A DNA stretch of 64,000 bases from Acidobacteriota bacterium (GTDB lineage: Bacteria; Acidobacteriota; CAIWXX01): contig JBFMAF010000018.1 of the NCBI GenBank assembly GCA_040755995.1, positions 64,001-128,000 of the forward strand, given 5' to 3'. The stretch's first letter is position 1, and each line of letters begins with the position of its first letter. Made by a program: the position numbers and the translations under genes. The notes under the pieces were generated by a model that saw nothing but the letters and a program-made list of their open reading frames with translations, did no database searches and had not been told where the DNA came from. Shown here in pieces: positions 15,981-27,800 of the stretch.

Positions 15981-17029
15981 CGTGCGACTGGTCTCCGGCC
16001 GGGGTGTCCGAGTATCCGGCTGATCCGGTGGATCATGGCATCGAGCAGCAGGCGGTCGGATAGTCCGGCCGACTTGACCAGCGCCTCGGTTCGCACGGCC
16101 TCGGCGAGCGCCTCTCCCAGTGCCCGGCTTCCGATGCGCATCGACACGTCAACGTCCCTGAAGCTCACCGGCGGCCTCGACTCCAGCCGCCGAGTGATCT
16201 CGGCGGGTGATGCGCCCCGGTCGGCGAGCCTGGCGATCTCGTATCTCTTCCGCAGGTGGCCCGACAGAAGCCACAGAATCGACCCGGTCGATGCCCCGGC
16301 ATCGAACAGCCGCTTCAGACTCAGCAGCGCCGCCTCTGTGTCCCCCTGGAGCAGGTGGTCGGCCACTGCCCATGGTTTCTCTTCGCGGTTGATCGAGAAG
16401 CACGCGTTCACGTCCCCGTCTTCGATGCGGCGCCGATCCCCGAGGTACAAGAACATCTTGTCCAGCTCCATGGCGATCCGTAGCGGCTCGTTCTCGCTGA
16501 GTGTAGCGATCATCTGTGCCGCGGTGGGGCTGAGGGAGAAGCCCGAGGCGTGGGCATAGCTGCGGATCCAATCGGGCACCTGCTCGGGCGTCGGCAGGTC
16601 GCATCGGATCTTCGTGCAATGCTTCTCGAAGTGAGCTGTGGATGTCTTGCGCTTGTCGAGGTCTGAGGCCCGGAAGACCAGGTAGGTGCCGGCCGGCGGC
16701 TTGCTCAAGAGAGCCTCCTGTGCGCCGTTCCTGTCCTCCCGCACGCGATCGGCCTCGCGCACGATCACCAGCCGGTCGCCGAACAGGTCTCCGGTGGATA
16801 CGTAGTCCACGAGCCGCCCCCAGCCCGTCTCATCGCCGTGATACGTGCTGATCGACTCGATGCCGGCGTCTGCCGCCCGGCGGCGGACCTCGTTCAGAAC
16901 AGCTTCGGCCTCGTGCAGATTCTCGCCGAGCACGAGCAGCGGTTTCTTGGGCGGGAATTTTTCCAGAACACGCAGGGCAGCTGCCGGGATCACGATCTGC
17001 GGCCTCCGAGTGCGGGCGCCTGCGGGCAC
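15977..17029 (-). CDS. holA: DNA polymerase III subunit delta
   Basis: LLVLGE, DLFGDRLVIV, ELDKMFLY; conserved leuS-lptE-holA synteny. Confidence 0.88.
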   Translation of the reverse strand: MPAGARTRRPQIVIPAAALRVLEKFPPKKPLLVLGENLHEAEAVLNEVRRRAADAGIESISTYHGDETGWGRLVDYVSTGDLFGDRLVIVREADRVREDRNGAQEALLSKPPAGTYLVFRASDLDKRKTSTAHFEKHCTKIRCDLPTPEQVPDWIRSYAHASGFSLSPTAAQMIATLSENEPLRIAMELDKMFLYLGDRRRIEDGDVNACFSINREEKPWAVADHLLQGDTEAALLSLKRLFDAGASTGSILWLLSGHLRKRYEIARLADRGASPAEITRRLESRPPVSFRDVDVSMRIGSRALGEALAEAVRTEALVKSAGLSDRLLLDAMIHRISRILGHPGRRPVAR

Positions 17030-17077
17030 ACGATAGTGACTGCCACGCCGTCCTGCCCTCGGGCCACCCGGCCGCGG

Positions 17078-17704
17078 CTAGAACCCTTCGAGCATGGTCG
17101 AGACAAGTCGACGTGCGAAGTCGAGGGTAGCTTCATCGAGCGCCTTGGTCTGCTCCTGGTAGAAGTTGCCGGTCGCCTCCGGAATCGTGTACTGGAACGG
17201 AGGTGAGACGAAGTTCGGATTGGAATAGATTATTTCGTTCTTGTTGAGATCCTTCAATTCGACCGAGGCGCTGAACGTGATAGCCTGCTGGCGGGAACGC
17301 GATTCGCGCGTGAACGAGATCGGATAGTCGTTGAATGCATTGATCGAGACATTGAGCAGCGCGTCAACACCGCTCTCGCTCGGCACGATTTGCAGCCGCG
17401 TGCGGCTGTTCAGCTCGTTTATGACGGCCGTGGTCAGCTTCTGGTCGAGCTCGTACCGGGGAGTGAGGTTCTTGAAAATGGGAACACCCAGTGTCTTGAT
17501 GTATTCGGGTAGGATGTTGCCCGTGCCGGCCAGGTGGTAGCCGCACGACGCCGATATCAGGATGCTAACGACTAGCAACAGCAGATGTGTAGGGGCGGAT
17601 CGTGATCCGCCCTTCTTGCGGAACCCGCCGGGTTCTCCGATCGCGGGTTGCGGGCGTCGGTATTGTTGTTCGTTCCTGGCAATAGGCTTCCTCATGTCAT
17701 TCAT
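17078..17704 (-). CDS. lptE: LPS assembly lipoprotein LptE family, with REP-derived N-terminal extension
   Basis: Lipobox ISASCGYHL; located between leuS and holA; ATG 17704 (or 17695). Confidence 0.85.
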   Translation of the reverse strand: MNDMRKPIARNEQQYRRPQPAIGEPGGFRKKGGSRSAPTHLLLLVVSILISASCGYHLAGTGNILPEYIKTLGVPIFKNLTPRYELDQKLTTAVINELNSRTRLQIVPSESGVDALLNVSINAFNDYPISFTRESRSRQQAITFSASVELKDLNKNEIIYSNPNFVSPPFQYTIPEATGNFYQEQTKALDEATLDFARRLVSTMLEGF

Positions 17705-17773
17705 CCTACCACAATGTGGGGCAGCCATATTGGGTTCGGCGAGAAGGGCAGGCCGAGGCCCGCCCCTACACAC
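17585..17773. repeat. Inverted pair of GTAG-type REP elements (REPIN-like)
   Basis: GTAG-GGGCGGATC-GT-GATCCGCCC at 17589-17612 (+) and GTAG-GGGCGGGC-CTCG-GCCTGCCC at 17769-17746 (-); shared flanks TGTGTAG and TTCTYGC.GAACCC. Confidence 0.8.
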
Positions 17774-17840
17774 CTTCGCATCGAGCGTTGCGTTCGGCGG
17801 CATCGTAGTCCGTTGGTGCTATCAGCCTTTCTCGTCTCAT

Positions 17841-20309
<2,469 letters not shown>

Positions 20310-20538
20310 CTCATCAAACTAGGAATCCTACGGGCCGATCGGCGGTCTTGTCAAATGGGCGCGGGGCCGTTGCCGGTTGACCGTGAGATTCGCGCCGGGC
20401 GATCCCTACAAGGTAGTGCGCGTCGAATCGTTGGCTTGTTCGAGCGGTGGCAGTCGAGAGCATGCTGGCGCCGTCTCGATCGTGCTGAAGCCACCCGTGC
20501 CATGCGCGAGCACGAGGCATCGGCATCGGACATGCCCC

Positions 20539-21924
20539 TCACCGAAGTCGCCTGACGTCTATGAGGACTCCGTCCGGACAGCGGGCGCGACCGACAGACT
20601 GGCTGAACCCTGCGCGACTGATCAGACACGGCGTGATTTCGACCCCTTCAAATGCCCGCTCAGCTTTGACACGACCCAGAAGAGATCCGAGGAGAGACGG
20701 AGAGACGGGATTCCGGCCCCACTTGATCTCAGCCACGAACGCACGGGTCCGCTCGATGTCCATGACAACCACGTCGAGCTCGGCTGTTTCGCTCCAATAC
20801 CGGCCGAAATGCGCGGGTGTGAATGGTATTGGGACGTACGGTTCTCCGCTCCTCAGAATTTCTCGCACTACCGGCTCGACGGCGTGCGGCAGGTGGGACG
20901 AGAGCGCAGGCTTGACAGCCTTCCTCATGACCTCCCGGGCGAGACCTCGTTCGAGCTGGTCGCGAAAGGGGTGTACGACGCGGAACCAGGTGGCGATGAA
21001 GGGATCGGCGATGCGGTAGAGTCCCTTGCGGCTTTTCTCCGGCATTCGTTCCGTGATCGGCACCTCGCGGGCAACGAGACCAAGGTCGATAAGTGTTGAG
21101 AGGTAACGGGTGAGGTTGGCACGATCGAGGCCGGCCTTCGAGGAGATCTCCCCGAACTTCTGCGATCCCATCGCGATAGTGGCCAAGATCGCAAAGTAGA
21201 CGCGTGGTTCACGGAGCTCCTCCCGGAGGAGAAATGGCACCTCCTCGTACAGCGGCTCGCCCGGGGCGAGGACGTGTCGAAGGAGGTTCGTCTCGATTCC
21301 CAGACCCGCATCGAGCCGGCTGAGATATCCGGGGACGCCGCCAAAAAGCGCGAACAACTCGATGATCTCAGGGAAATCCCAGTCAAACGCCCGCCGGAGA
21401 TGCCCTGGCGCTAGCGGCCCGAGCATCAACTGCCCAGTGCGGCGGCCGAACAGCGGCGCCCGGCTCGAAAGGAACGTCTCCTCCATGAGTCCGACCGAGG
21501 AGCCGCAGAAGACCAGTTTCAATCCACCGTTCGCCAGGCTCCGATCCCAAGAAGCCTGGATGAGCCCCGGCAACGAGGGGTCGCTCTCGACGAGAAAGGG
21601 AAACTCGTCGAGGACAAGGACCGACGGGTCGCGAGCGCCTTCGAGAAAGGCGAGAAGCGCCGCGGAAGATGCCAGAGGTTGGGCGGAAAGAAACGGAACC
21701 TGCCAACCATCGGCGATGGTTGTGGATAGGCGTTTCAGCTCCTCCAGGATCGTCGAGCGGGTGGCCACATGGTAGGCCGCCCTGGGGAGAGTGCGGAGGA
21801 CCTCCTGAAGGAGCGCCGTCTTGCCGATCCGCCGGCGTCCATAGAGGATGAACATTCCCGAGCCACGTCTGGTCAGGTGCTCACGCAGCACCGCCAACTC
21901 CCGCTCCCGATCCAGAAACTCCAT
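20539..21924 (-). CDS. Archaeal-type AAA ATPase (ATPase_2) with C-terminal DUF234 PD-(D/E)xK-like domain
   Basis: MEFLDRERE, YGRRRIGKT, VLDEFP, GGVPGYL, ELDVV...AEIKW. Confidence 0.9.
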   Translation of the reverse strand: MEFLDRERELAVLREHLTRRGSGMFILYGRRRIGKTALLQEVLRTLPRAAYHVATRSTILEELKRLSTTIADGWQVPFLSAQPLASSAALLAFLEGARDPSVLVLDEFPFLVESDPSLPGLIQASWDRSLANGGLKLVFCGSSVGLMEETFLSSRAPLFGRRTGQLMLGPLAPGHLRRAFDWDFPEIIELFALFGGVPGYLSRLDAGLGIETNLLRHVLAPGEPLYEEVPFLLREELREPRVYFAILATIAMGSQKFGEISSKAGLDRANLTRYLSTLIDLGLVAREVPITERMPEKSRKGLYRIADPFIATWFRVVHPFRDQLERGLAREVMRKAVKPALSSHLPHAVEPVVREILRSGEPYVPIPFTPAHFGRYWSETAELDVVVMDIERTRAFVAEIKWGRNPVSPSLLGSLLGRVKAERAFEGVEITPCLISRAGFSQSVGRARCPDGVLIDVRRLR

Positions 21925-22092
21925 GTCCCACCTCCAGGCTGCTAGCCTTAGATGTAGACAGATTATCAGATTCCGTCTACAGCTTAAAGGTCGGCTACTG
22001 GCCGCACCACTGTGCACCTGACTCGCCGCTCAGCATGGGGATGCCGAGCAATACCGCCGACTGCGCGTCGCAGAGAATCGGGGCAAACGCGC

Positions 22093-24213
22093 CTACCGGA
22101 GCGCCAGGTCCACGTTCAGCGTGCCGCCTTTGAAGGTGATACTCTTCTGTGCTCGTCCGACCCGTTTCTTGTTCGCCTTCAGCGTGTACTTGCCGGCTGG
22201 GATGTTCTTGAAGGAGTAGTCGCCGGAGGCCGATGAGCTCGTGTGCATGGAGACGCTGCCTCCTTTGAGCGTGACGCGTGCACCGGCCACGGCCTTGCGC
22301 CGCTTGTCCTTGACCTTCCCCCGAATCTCGGAGATCTGTCCCGAGGCGTTCACGGTGACATTCACCGAGTCCGGTGCGCTCGATTCGACACCATCGTTCA
22401 CGATGAGACTGAGGGCCAGGGTCGTAGTCGTGGAGGGCGCGGTGAACGTGGGCTGAGCGGCGGTAGAGTCCGATAGGGTGACTGCGACACCGCCGGTCTG
22501 GCTCCACGCATACGTCAGCGCCGTGCCTCGCCTGCTGATGCTGGAGGTGCCGTCGAGATGAACGAGGGTGCCGTAGGCGACGGTTTGATCCGGCCCCGCA
22601 TTGGCGATCGGGGTCAGCGTCGGGCTGCCGCCACTCGAAGGCGCGAGCCCGTTGCGGCGGTAGCTCCCGCGTCCCGTGCCCCAGAGAACGCGGGCGATGG
22701 GGGTCCCGGGGAGGTCGTAGGCGACCAGGCCCGAGCCCGAGGTGCCCACGACGACCTCCAGCTGGCCGTCGCCGTCTATGTCGGCCACAGTGGGCGCTCC
22801 GAGAATCCCGTTCCAGTTGCCGCTAGTCGGCGCAGGCAGGTCGACCTCGTAGAGAGGCGTGCCGCGGTAGTCGAGGATATGGAGTCGTCCGACGCGGTTG
22901 TTGCCCTTCTCAGGCCATGATCCGAAGATGATCTCCGCCTTGCCATCGCCTGTCATGTCGATCACGGACGGTTCGGAGGCGAAGCGGATGAAGCCCTCGG
23001 GGGGCTTGGTGACCGAATACGGCCAACTGTGGTGCTCGGTCTTGTCGAGCCAGTACGCATGGAGCTTGCCGTCGTAGGACGCGAACAGGATTTCGAGCAT
23101 CCCGTCCCCATCGAGGTCTGCGGTGACCGGATTCGGCTGGGCAGTTTCGATCACGTTGTAGTCTTCGGACAGGGGGGCGCTGCCGGGGCCGGGCGTCGGG
23201 ATCACGGTCCAGTCGTAGCCGCCGGCGGCCCATCGAGTTCTGTCAGCCTTGAATACGAACGGCATCTGGTAGAGCGACGTATATGGATCTGTTCCGCAGT
23301 TGTAAACATTGCCGACGATGATAATCTCGAGAACGCCATCGCCGTTGAGATCCGCGATCGTTGGAGCGCTGTCAGCGAAATTCGGCCTGTGTTCGACACC
23401 GCAGTTCGCCCAGCCGCGGACGTCGACGGCGTCGTCGACGTGAACTCCCACGCGGCTCCAGAACTTTCCGCTGCCGAAATGAACGGCGTTGGCGAGAATC
23501 TGGCTCCCGTCGTCGTTGAATGCGGCGACGTAGTGCACGTCGCTGGGACCGATGATCTCGGAGCGGCCGTCGCCGTCGATGTCGGCCGAGCCGACGTTCT
23601 CGTTGAAGCATCCGGCGGCGTAGCCGTTGGTGGACGAATCGGGATAGTGCTGCGGCCAGCCCGAGCGCACGACACCGGTGTGTTCATAGACGAACCACTG
23701 GTTGTCCGAGCGTGTCGAGGCCGCGATGATTTCGAGATCGCCGTTGCGGTCGAGGTCGTCAACCGCAAGGCTTCGCAGCTCGTTGCCTGGTGTGGGCTGC
23801 TTCGGCCAACCCGGATAGAAGTAGCCGTCATGATTGTAGACCGACAGCCAGCCTCCGCCGTGCGCGGTCACGATTTCAAGATCGCCGTTTCCGTCGACAT
23901 CCGCGACGACGATTCCCGGCCATGTGCGTCCGACATCCGAGGCACCGGGCTCGCTGAGATCGTGTCCGGAAGCGACCTTCCATTCGACGGCACCCGTGGC
24001 GCCGTCAACCGCCCAGATGCTGTAGGCCGACCAGACGATCTCCTGCGCTCCGTCGCCGTCGATGTCAGCGACGGCAGGCGACGCATACCACCCCGTCTGG
24101 CACCACGAAGTGCATCCGGCCTTCTGCCATTTCAGCGTGGGAGCCCCGAGCTGCCCGTACGCCGCGGTACACGACAACGCCGCGATCAGAATGAAGATGG
24201 CCGCGAGTCGCAT
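22093..24213 (-). CDS. Secreted FG-GAP/VCBS repeat protein + PKD-like domain + basic carboxypeptidase-regulatory-like C-terminal domain
   Basis: Signal peptide; repeated ADIDGDG..EI; ANAGPDQTV...LTYAWSQTGG; IRGKV...GDYSF.NIPAGKYTL. Confidence 0.9.
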   Translation of the reverse strand: MRLAAIFILIAALSCTAAYGQLGAPTLKWQKAGCTSWCQTGWYASPAVADIDGDGAQEIVWSAYSIWAVDGATGAVEWKVASGHDLSEPGASDVGRTWPGIVVADVDGNGDLEIVTAHGGGWLSVYNHDGYFYPGWPKQPTPGNELRSLAVDDLDRNGDLEIIAASTRSDNQWFVYEHTGVVRSGWPQHYPDSSTNGYAAGCFNENVGSADIDGDGRSEIIGPSDVHYVAAFNDDGSQILANAVHFGSGKFWSRVGVHVDDAVDVRGWANCGVEHRPNFADSAPTIADLNGDGVLEIIIVGNVYNCGTDPYTSLYQMPFVFKADRTRWAAGGYDWTVIPTPGPGSAPLSEDYNVIETAQPNPVTADLDGDGMLEILFASYDGKLHAYWLDKTEHHSWPYSVTKPPEGFIRFASEPSVIDMTGDGKAEIIFGSWPEKGNNRVGRLHILDYRGTPLYEVDLPAPTSGNWNGILGAPTVADIDGDGQLEVVVGTSGSGLVAYDLPGTPIARVLWGTGRGSYRRNGLAPSSGGSPTLTPIANAGPDQTVAYGTLVHLDGTSSISRRGTALTYAWSQTGGVAVTLSDSTAAQPTFTAPSTTTTLALSLIVNDGVESSAPDSVNVTVNASGQISEIRGKVKDKRRKAVAGARVTLKGGSVSMHTSSSASGDYSFKNIPAGKYTLKANKKRVGRAQKSITFKGGTLNVDLALR

Positions 24214-24293
24214 GGTCGCACCTCCGAATGATGGACTTCTATTCCGGTTATAGCACCAACGTGGTTTCGGAAGTGTGCGGCAGATCACACCTA

Positions 24294-24393
24294 GACAGTT
24301 GGCAGTTGTCAGTTGGCAGTTGTCAGCGGCGCGCAGGGCTGTCTTTTCGCATTTCGCGTTTTGCATTTGGCACCTTGCACCTTGCATTTGGCC
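24294..24393. repeat. Two adjacent heptamer arrays (GNCAGTT x5; TTTTGCA-like x7)
   Basis: Read directly; same unit families as at 1056 and 14372. Confidence 0.88.
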
Positions 24394-24472
24394 CTGCCGA
24401 AATCCGCGTGGGCGCGCGCGGATTTCGGCCGCTCATGATATGCTTTGGCGCTCTTGAGGAGGTGATGACGAT

Positions 24473-24910
24473 ATGAGTTGCCCGTTTTTCTGGCCGGCGA
24501 GGGAGATGACGAAGCAGGAGTGGCTGAACCCGCCGCGGATGCCGCTGGGCGTGGCGCACACAGGTGTCTGCAAGGCCGTTGCTGCGGTGGACTACACACC
24601 GGGCCTCGACGAGCTGAAGCGGCTGTGTAACCCAGGCTACCCCACAGCGTGCGAGCGGTTTCCGAGGAACTGGCCGTTCCAGGCCGTGCGGTTCGCCGTG
24701 GTGCGTGATGACAACGCTCGACGGATCAGCGTGGCATACGTGCTGGAGCACGAACGGACTCCGCACGAGCACGGCACGCTCGAGTTCGACCGCGATCGTG
24801 ACTCATTCGAGCGCGCGCACCACGACCCGATCGTCAACGCCCAGGCGCTAGCCTACGTCCGCGTCTATTTGAAGCAGAAGGGCACCAGCACCGGCTCCGG
24901 CGAGCTGTGA
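24473..24910 (+). CDS. Hypothetical protein with four N-terminal Cys (possible metal binding)
   Basis: Strong GAGGAGGTG RBS; MSCPFF...GVC...CNPGY...CERFP. Confidence 0.75.
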   Translation: MSCPFFWPAREMTKQEWLNPPRMPLGVAHTGVCKAVAAVDYTPGLDELKRLCNPGYPTACERFPRNWPFQAVRFAVVRDDNARRISVAYVLEHERTPHEHGTLEFDRDRDSFERAHHDPIVNAQALAYVRVYLKQKGTSTGSGEL

Positions 24911-25043
24911 TCTGTGATCCCCGAATGCGTGACCGGCGGTCTATCCGGCTAGAAGGCTACGACTACACCCAGACCGGCGCCTATTTCATCACCCTCTGTA
25001 CGCAGGATCGATCCTGCCTGTTCGACGACGTGATGGATGGCGT
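24907..25043 (+). pseudogene. N-terminal fragment of a REP-associated tyrosine transposase (RAYT, IS200-like)
   Basis: RRSIRLEGYDYTQTGAYFITLCTQDRSCLF; HUH motif and catalytic Tyr missing; runs into the convergent gene. Confidence 0.85.
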
Positions 25044-25409
25044 TCAGGCCCGAGTTGCGCTGCTGAACCCGGCCATGCGCAGCAGCTTCTTGATCGCTCT
25101 CTGCACGAACGACTTGCGCTGGGACTGTGCGGCTCTCATGGCCAATGCGCGCTGCACGATCGGACAGCTCAACGTCTGCAGGCAGTAGTCACTCAGCTCA
25201 CCGCGGCTCAAGCGACGTCTGATTTCCACCATCTCCGCTGAGTTCCATGCATCCGCCCAATTCGACATCTGTTTCTCAATTGCGGCTCCGTAGCAACACG
25301 GGATGATACCCCGGCGCAGAATGTAACAGGTCTCCCACGGCTCGCGGCAGAGAGGCAGCCGGTCATCTCGAAGGACATCGGCCCTGGCCCCTTTCCTGGT
25401 CTTCAACAT
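25044..25409 (-). CDS. Stand-alone SPASM/Twitch-like Fe-S domain protein
   Basis: C.EPW...I...G.IPCC...WNS...EIRR.L..GE...YC....CP; ATG overlaps radical SAM stop (TGATG). Confidence 0.75.
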   Translation of the reverse strand: MLKTRKGARADVLRDDRLPLCREPWETCYILRRGIIPCCYGAAIEKQMSNWADAWNSAEMVEIRRRLSRGELSDYCLQTLSCPIVQRALAMRAAQSQRKSFVQRAIKKLLRMAGFSSATRA

Positions 25410-27442
25410 CAACCGGATTGCTCGCGCCGCCCGCCGAAATGGAATTGGTTGTAGACCGGCACCCCGTACTTCTGTGCGTGCATGCCCGATTCAGCAAAGA
25501 TCTCTGCCAACTCCTCCGAAGAGAGGATTTCCCTTTCGTAGTCAAAAAGGTAGCCGCTTCTTTCCATTCGGACACGCCTCTCACCTATATCGCAGAGGGG
25601 CCGGAGCACCACTGCGTCGGCATTGATGTCTCTACTGAGCCGGAAGAAATCCTCCAGGTCGCCCCGATTGACTCGCATCGGCATGAATACCATGAAAATC
25701 CTGGGCAGGTTGCCATGGTCTTTCCGTTGCTGACCAAGGAGGCGAAGCTGCGGGATGATCTCGTCCCACCTGTCGTTGCGGATTCTGGCGTAGGTCTCCT
25801 TCCGAGCTGCGTCGAGCGACACATAGACGGTGACTCGCTTCCCCAACAGCACAGCGACTGTCTTCGCGTTCAACGCTTGACCATTCGTCGAGATCTCCAG
25901 GATCTTCTTCTCGCGTTCGCACAACTCCACTATTTCCCTCAGGCGAGGGTGCAGCAGCGGTTCGCCGATCGAGCAGTTGACGAGACTCCGAGCGTTTTGG
26001 AAGAAGGGGCCATAGCCCTTCAGCGTAGCGTCATCGACCATGGCATGCGTGTTTGGGCCTTCCATCTCTTTGCCCCAGTCCCAGATGCAATAGACGCAAT
26101 GAGGCTTGATATTACAGACGCCGTAGAGATCGATTCCCAAGTTCAGCGGATGCGACTTGAGACGAGTCGCACCATTCGACATCTCACGATAGTTCAAGAT
26201 GGCGTTCTTGTGGAGGCTCTGGGAGTTCCGGTGGACTTGCTCATTGTCATGGAACGCGACCTCGCTCACTCGAACGCTCAGCTCCCGCCCATCCTGGGCG
26301 TGATAGCGCGCTGGGTATGGTTTGTTCGCGGCGAGGCGCAGCTCGCATGTGTGATGAGGAAGTGGGCGCTCAGGCACCTTTGGATGGATCAGTGACAACA
26401 GATGCTTCTTCTGCCCATGGTCCGCCGGCCCCATTTCCAGACTGTAGTAGTTCCACCCGTGAAGGAGCTCGATCTCGCCGATCGAAGCTCCGTTTACGAA
26501 CACGCTTAGCCTCTGACTCAGGTTCTCGAACTCCGAGGATATCCAGAGAGACAGGAATCTGTTCCCGGCCCTCCTTTCTTCCGGCACCAGCAACCGGGCC
26601 TCCTTCTTCATCCAGCGGCATGAAAGCAGGTCCGACGACTCCTGTTGATACCACCCTTCGGCAAAGAAGAAATCGCCTTCAGACGCGTGGTGGATTGCGA
26701 TATCTCTCACCATCACACCGAGTTGTCGCGAGTCCTGCGTCACGCTCGATGGGAACGTTCTATCAAGACTGAGATCAATGCGGAGGTCACATGGCTGACT
26801 CCCTATGGGGAAGTAGTAGTTCTGTTCGCCGGGCCCAACAAGCCTTGTCCCAACCTTCTCTCCGTTCACGGCCACGGTCAGCGCCGGCTGGCGCGCGGAG
26901 CTGAAAGGATGACCACATCGGATCTCCAGGTAGCGATCGCTCCGGGCGTGGTCGTCATGCAAGAAGCAGACAGCTTCCCTGGCCATCCAACGGAACGGGA
27001 GGGCTGTGGTCATCCGTTCTTCGGGGTACCAGCCCTCTCCGTACATCTCCATTTCCGAGATGTCGATGACCGCCACATCCCGCACCTTTATTCCCAACTC
27101 GCGCGTATCCCCCGGCGCCATGTGGGTTCTGTCGAGCCGAAAGGTGAATGGCACTTCCGGTTCCTTCGGAAACGGAAAGAAGAAGCTGGTCCATTTGTTG
27201 TGAATATCGCGTTTGCCGGTCGCTGCATCGTTCGCGAGAACCTCGAGGACGACCGGCTTCTTGTGCGAGAATGGGCAGTCGGTGATTACCCGGAGGTAGG
27301 CAGTGCCGGGAGCGCGCAAGCCCTTCACGATGAGCCTGGCTTCCCTGGTCATCCACCGAAACGAAAACGAATCCCCTCTCTCCTCATCATGCCACCCACC
27401 CTCGAACAGAATCGAATGCTCGGCCATCCTGTGGCTCATCAT
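25409..27442 (-). CDS. Radical SAM protein with three N-terminal GW..E...RWM repeat domains
   Basis: CNIKPHCVYC (CX5CX2C), GEPLLHP, STNG, VSLDA...Y.RIR. Start uncertain. Confidence 0.85.
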   Translation of the reverse strand: MMSHRMAEHSILFEGGWHDEERGDSFSFRWMTREARLIVKGLRAPGTAYLRVITDCPFSHKKPVVLEVLANDAATGKRDIHNKWTSFFFPFPKEPEVPFTFRLDRTHMAPGDTRELGIKVRDVAVIDISEMEMYGEGWYPEERMTTALPFRWMAREAVCFLHDDHARSDRYLEIRCGHPFSSARQPALTVAVNGEKVGTRLVGPGEQNYYFPIGSQPCDLRIDLSLDRTFPSSVTQDSRQLGVMVRDIAIHHASEGDFFFAEGWYQQESSDLLSCRWMKKEARLLVPEERRAGNRFLSLWISSEFENLSQRLSVFVNGASIGEIELLHGWNYYSLEMGPADHGQKKHLLSLIHPKVPERPLPHHTCELRLAANKPYPARYHAQDGRELSVRVSEVAFHDNEQVHRNSQSLHKNAILNYREMSNGATRLKSHPLNLGIDLYGVCNIKPHCVYCIWDWGKEMEGPNTHAMVDDATLKGYGPFFQNARSLVNCSIGEPLLHPRLREIVELCEREKKILEISTNGQALNAKTVAVLLGKRVTVYVSLDAARKETYARIRNDRWDEIIPQLRLLGQQRKDHGNLPRIFMVFMPMRVNRGDLEDFFRLSRDINADAVVLRPLCDIGERRVRMERSGYLFDYEREILSSEELAEIFAESGMHAQKYGVPVYNQFHFGGRREQSG

Positions 27443-27800
27443 CTCACCGTTCATACACGCAGCCCGCAACCCGAGGGCAGTCTGGAGCCACTGTCGACAT
27501 CCGGCAACTGCGCCGGACGGAAGTCCGGAAGACACTCGTCCACACGGCTTTGGCCCTTCTTGGAACGCCTCACCGGAATCTACCGGCCTTCATGGATGAT
27601 CTACGCGCCTTCGCAACTTCGTAGTCGGCTGCATCGTCCCTCAGGAGACCTCCTTGCCGATTGGGCACGTCCTCACTCACAGTCTAGTGGATTGGGCTGG
27701 CCCGCACAACGAGTCTGGGGAACCCTGATCCAGGGCCGAGGCCGCCGGATTCGTGGAGTCGTCCGGGGCGGCCGCTGAATAGGCGGCGAGGCTGGGCCGC

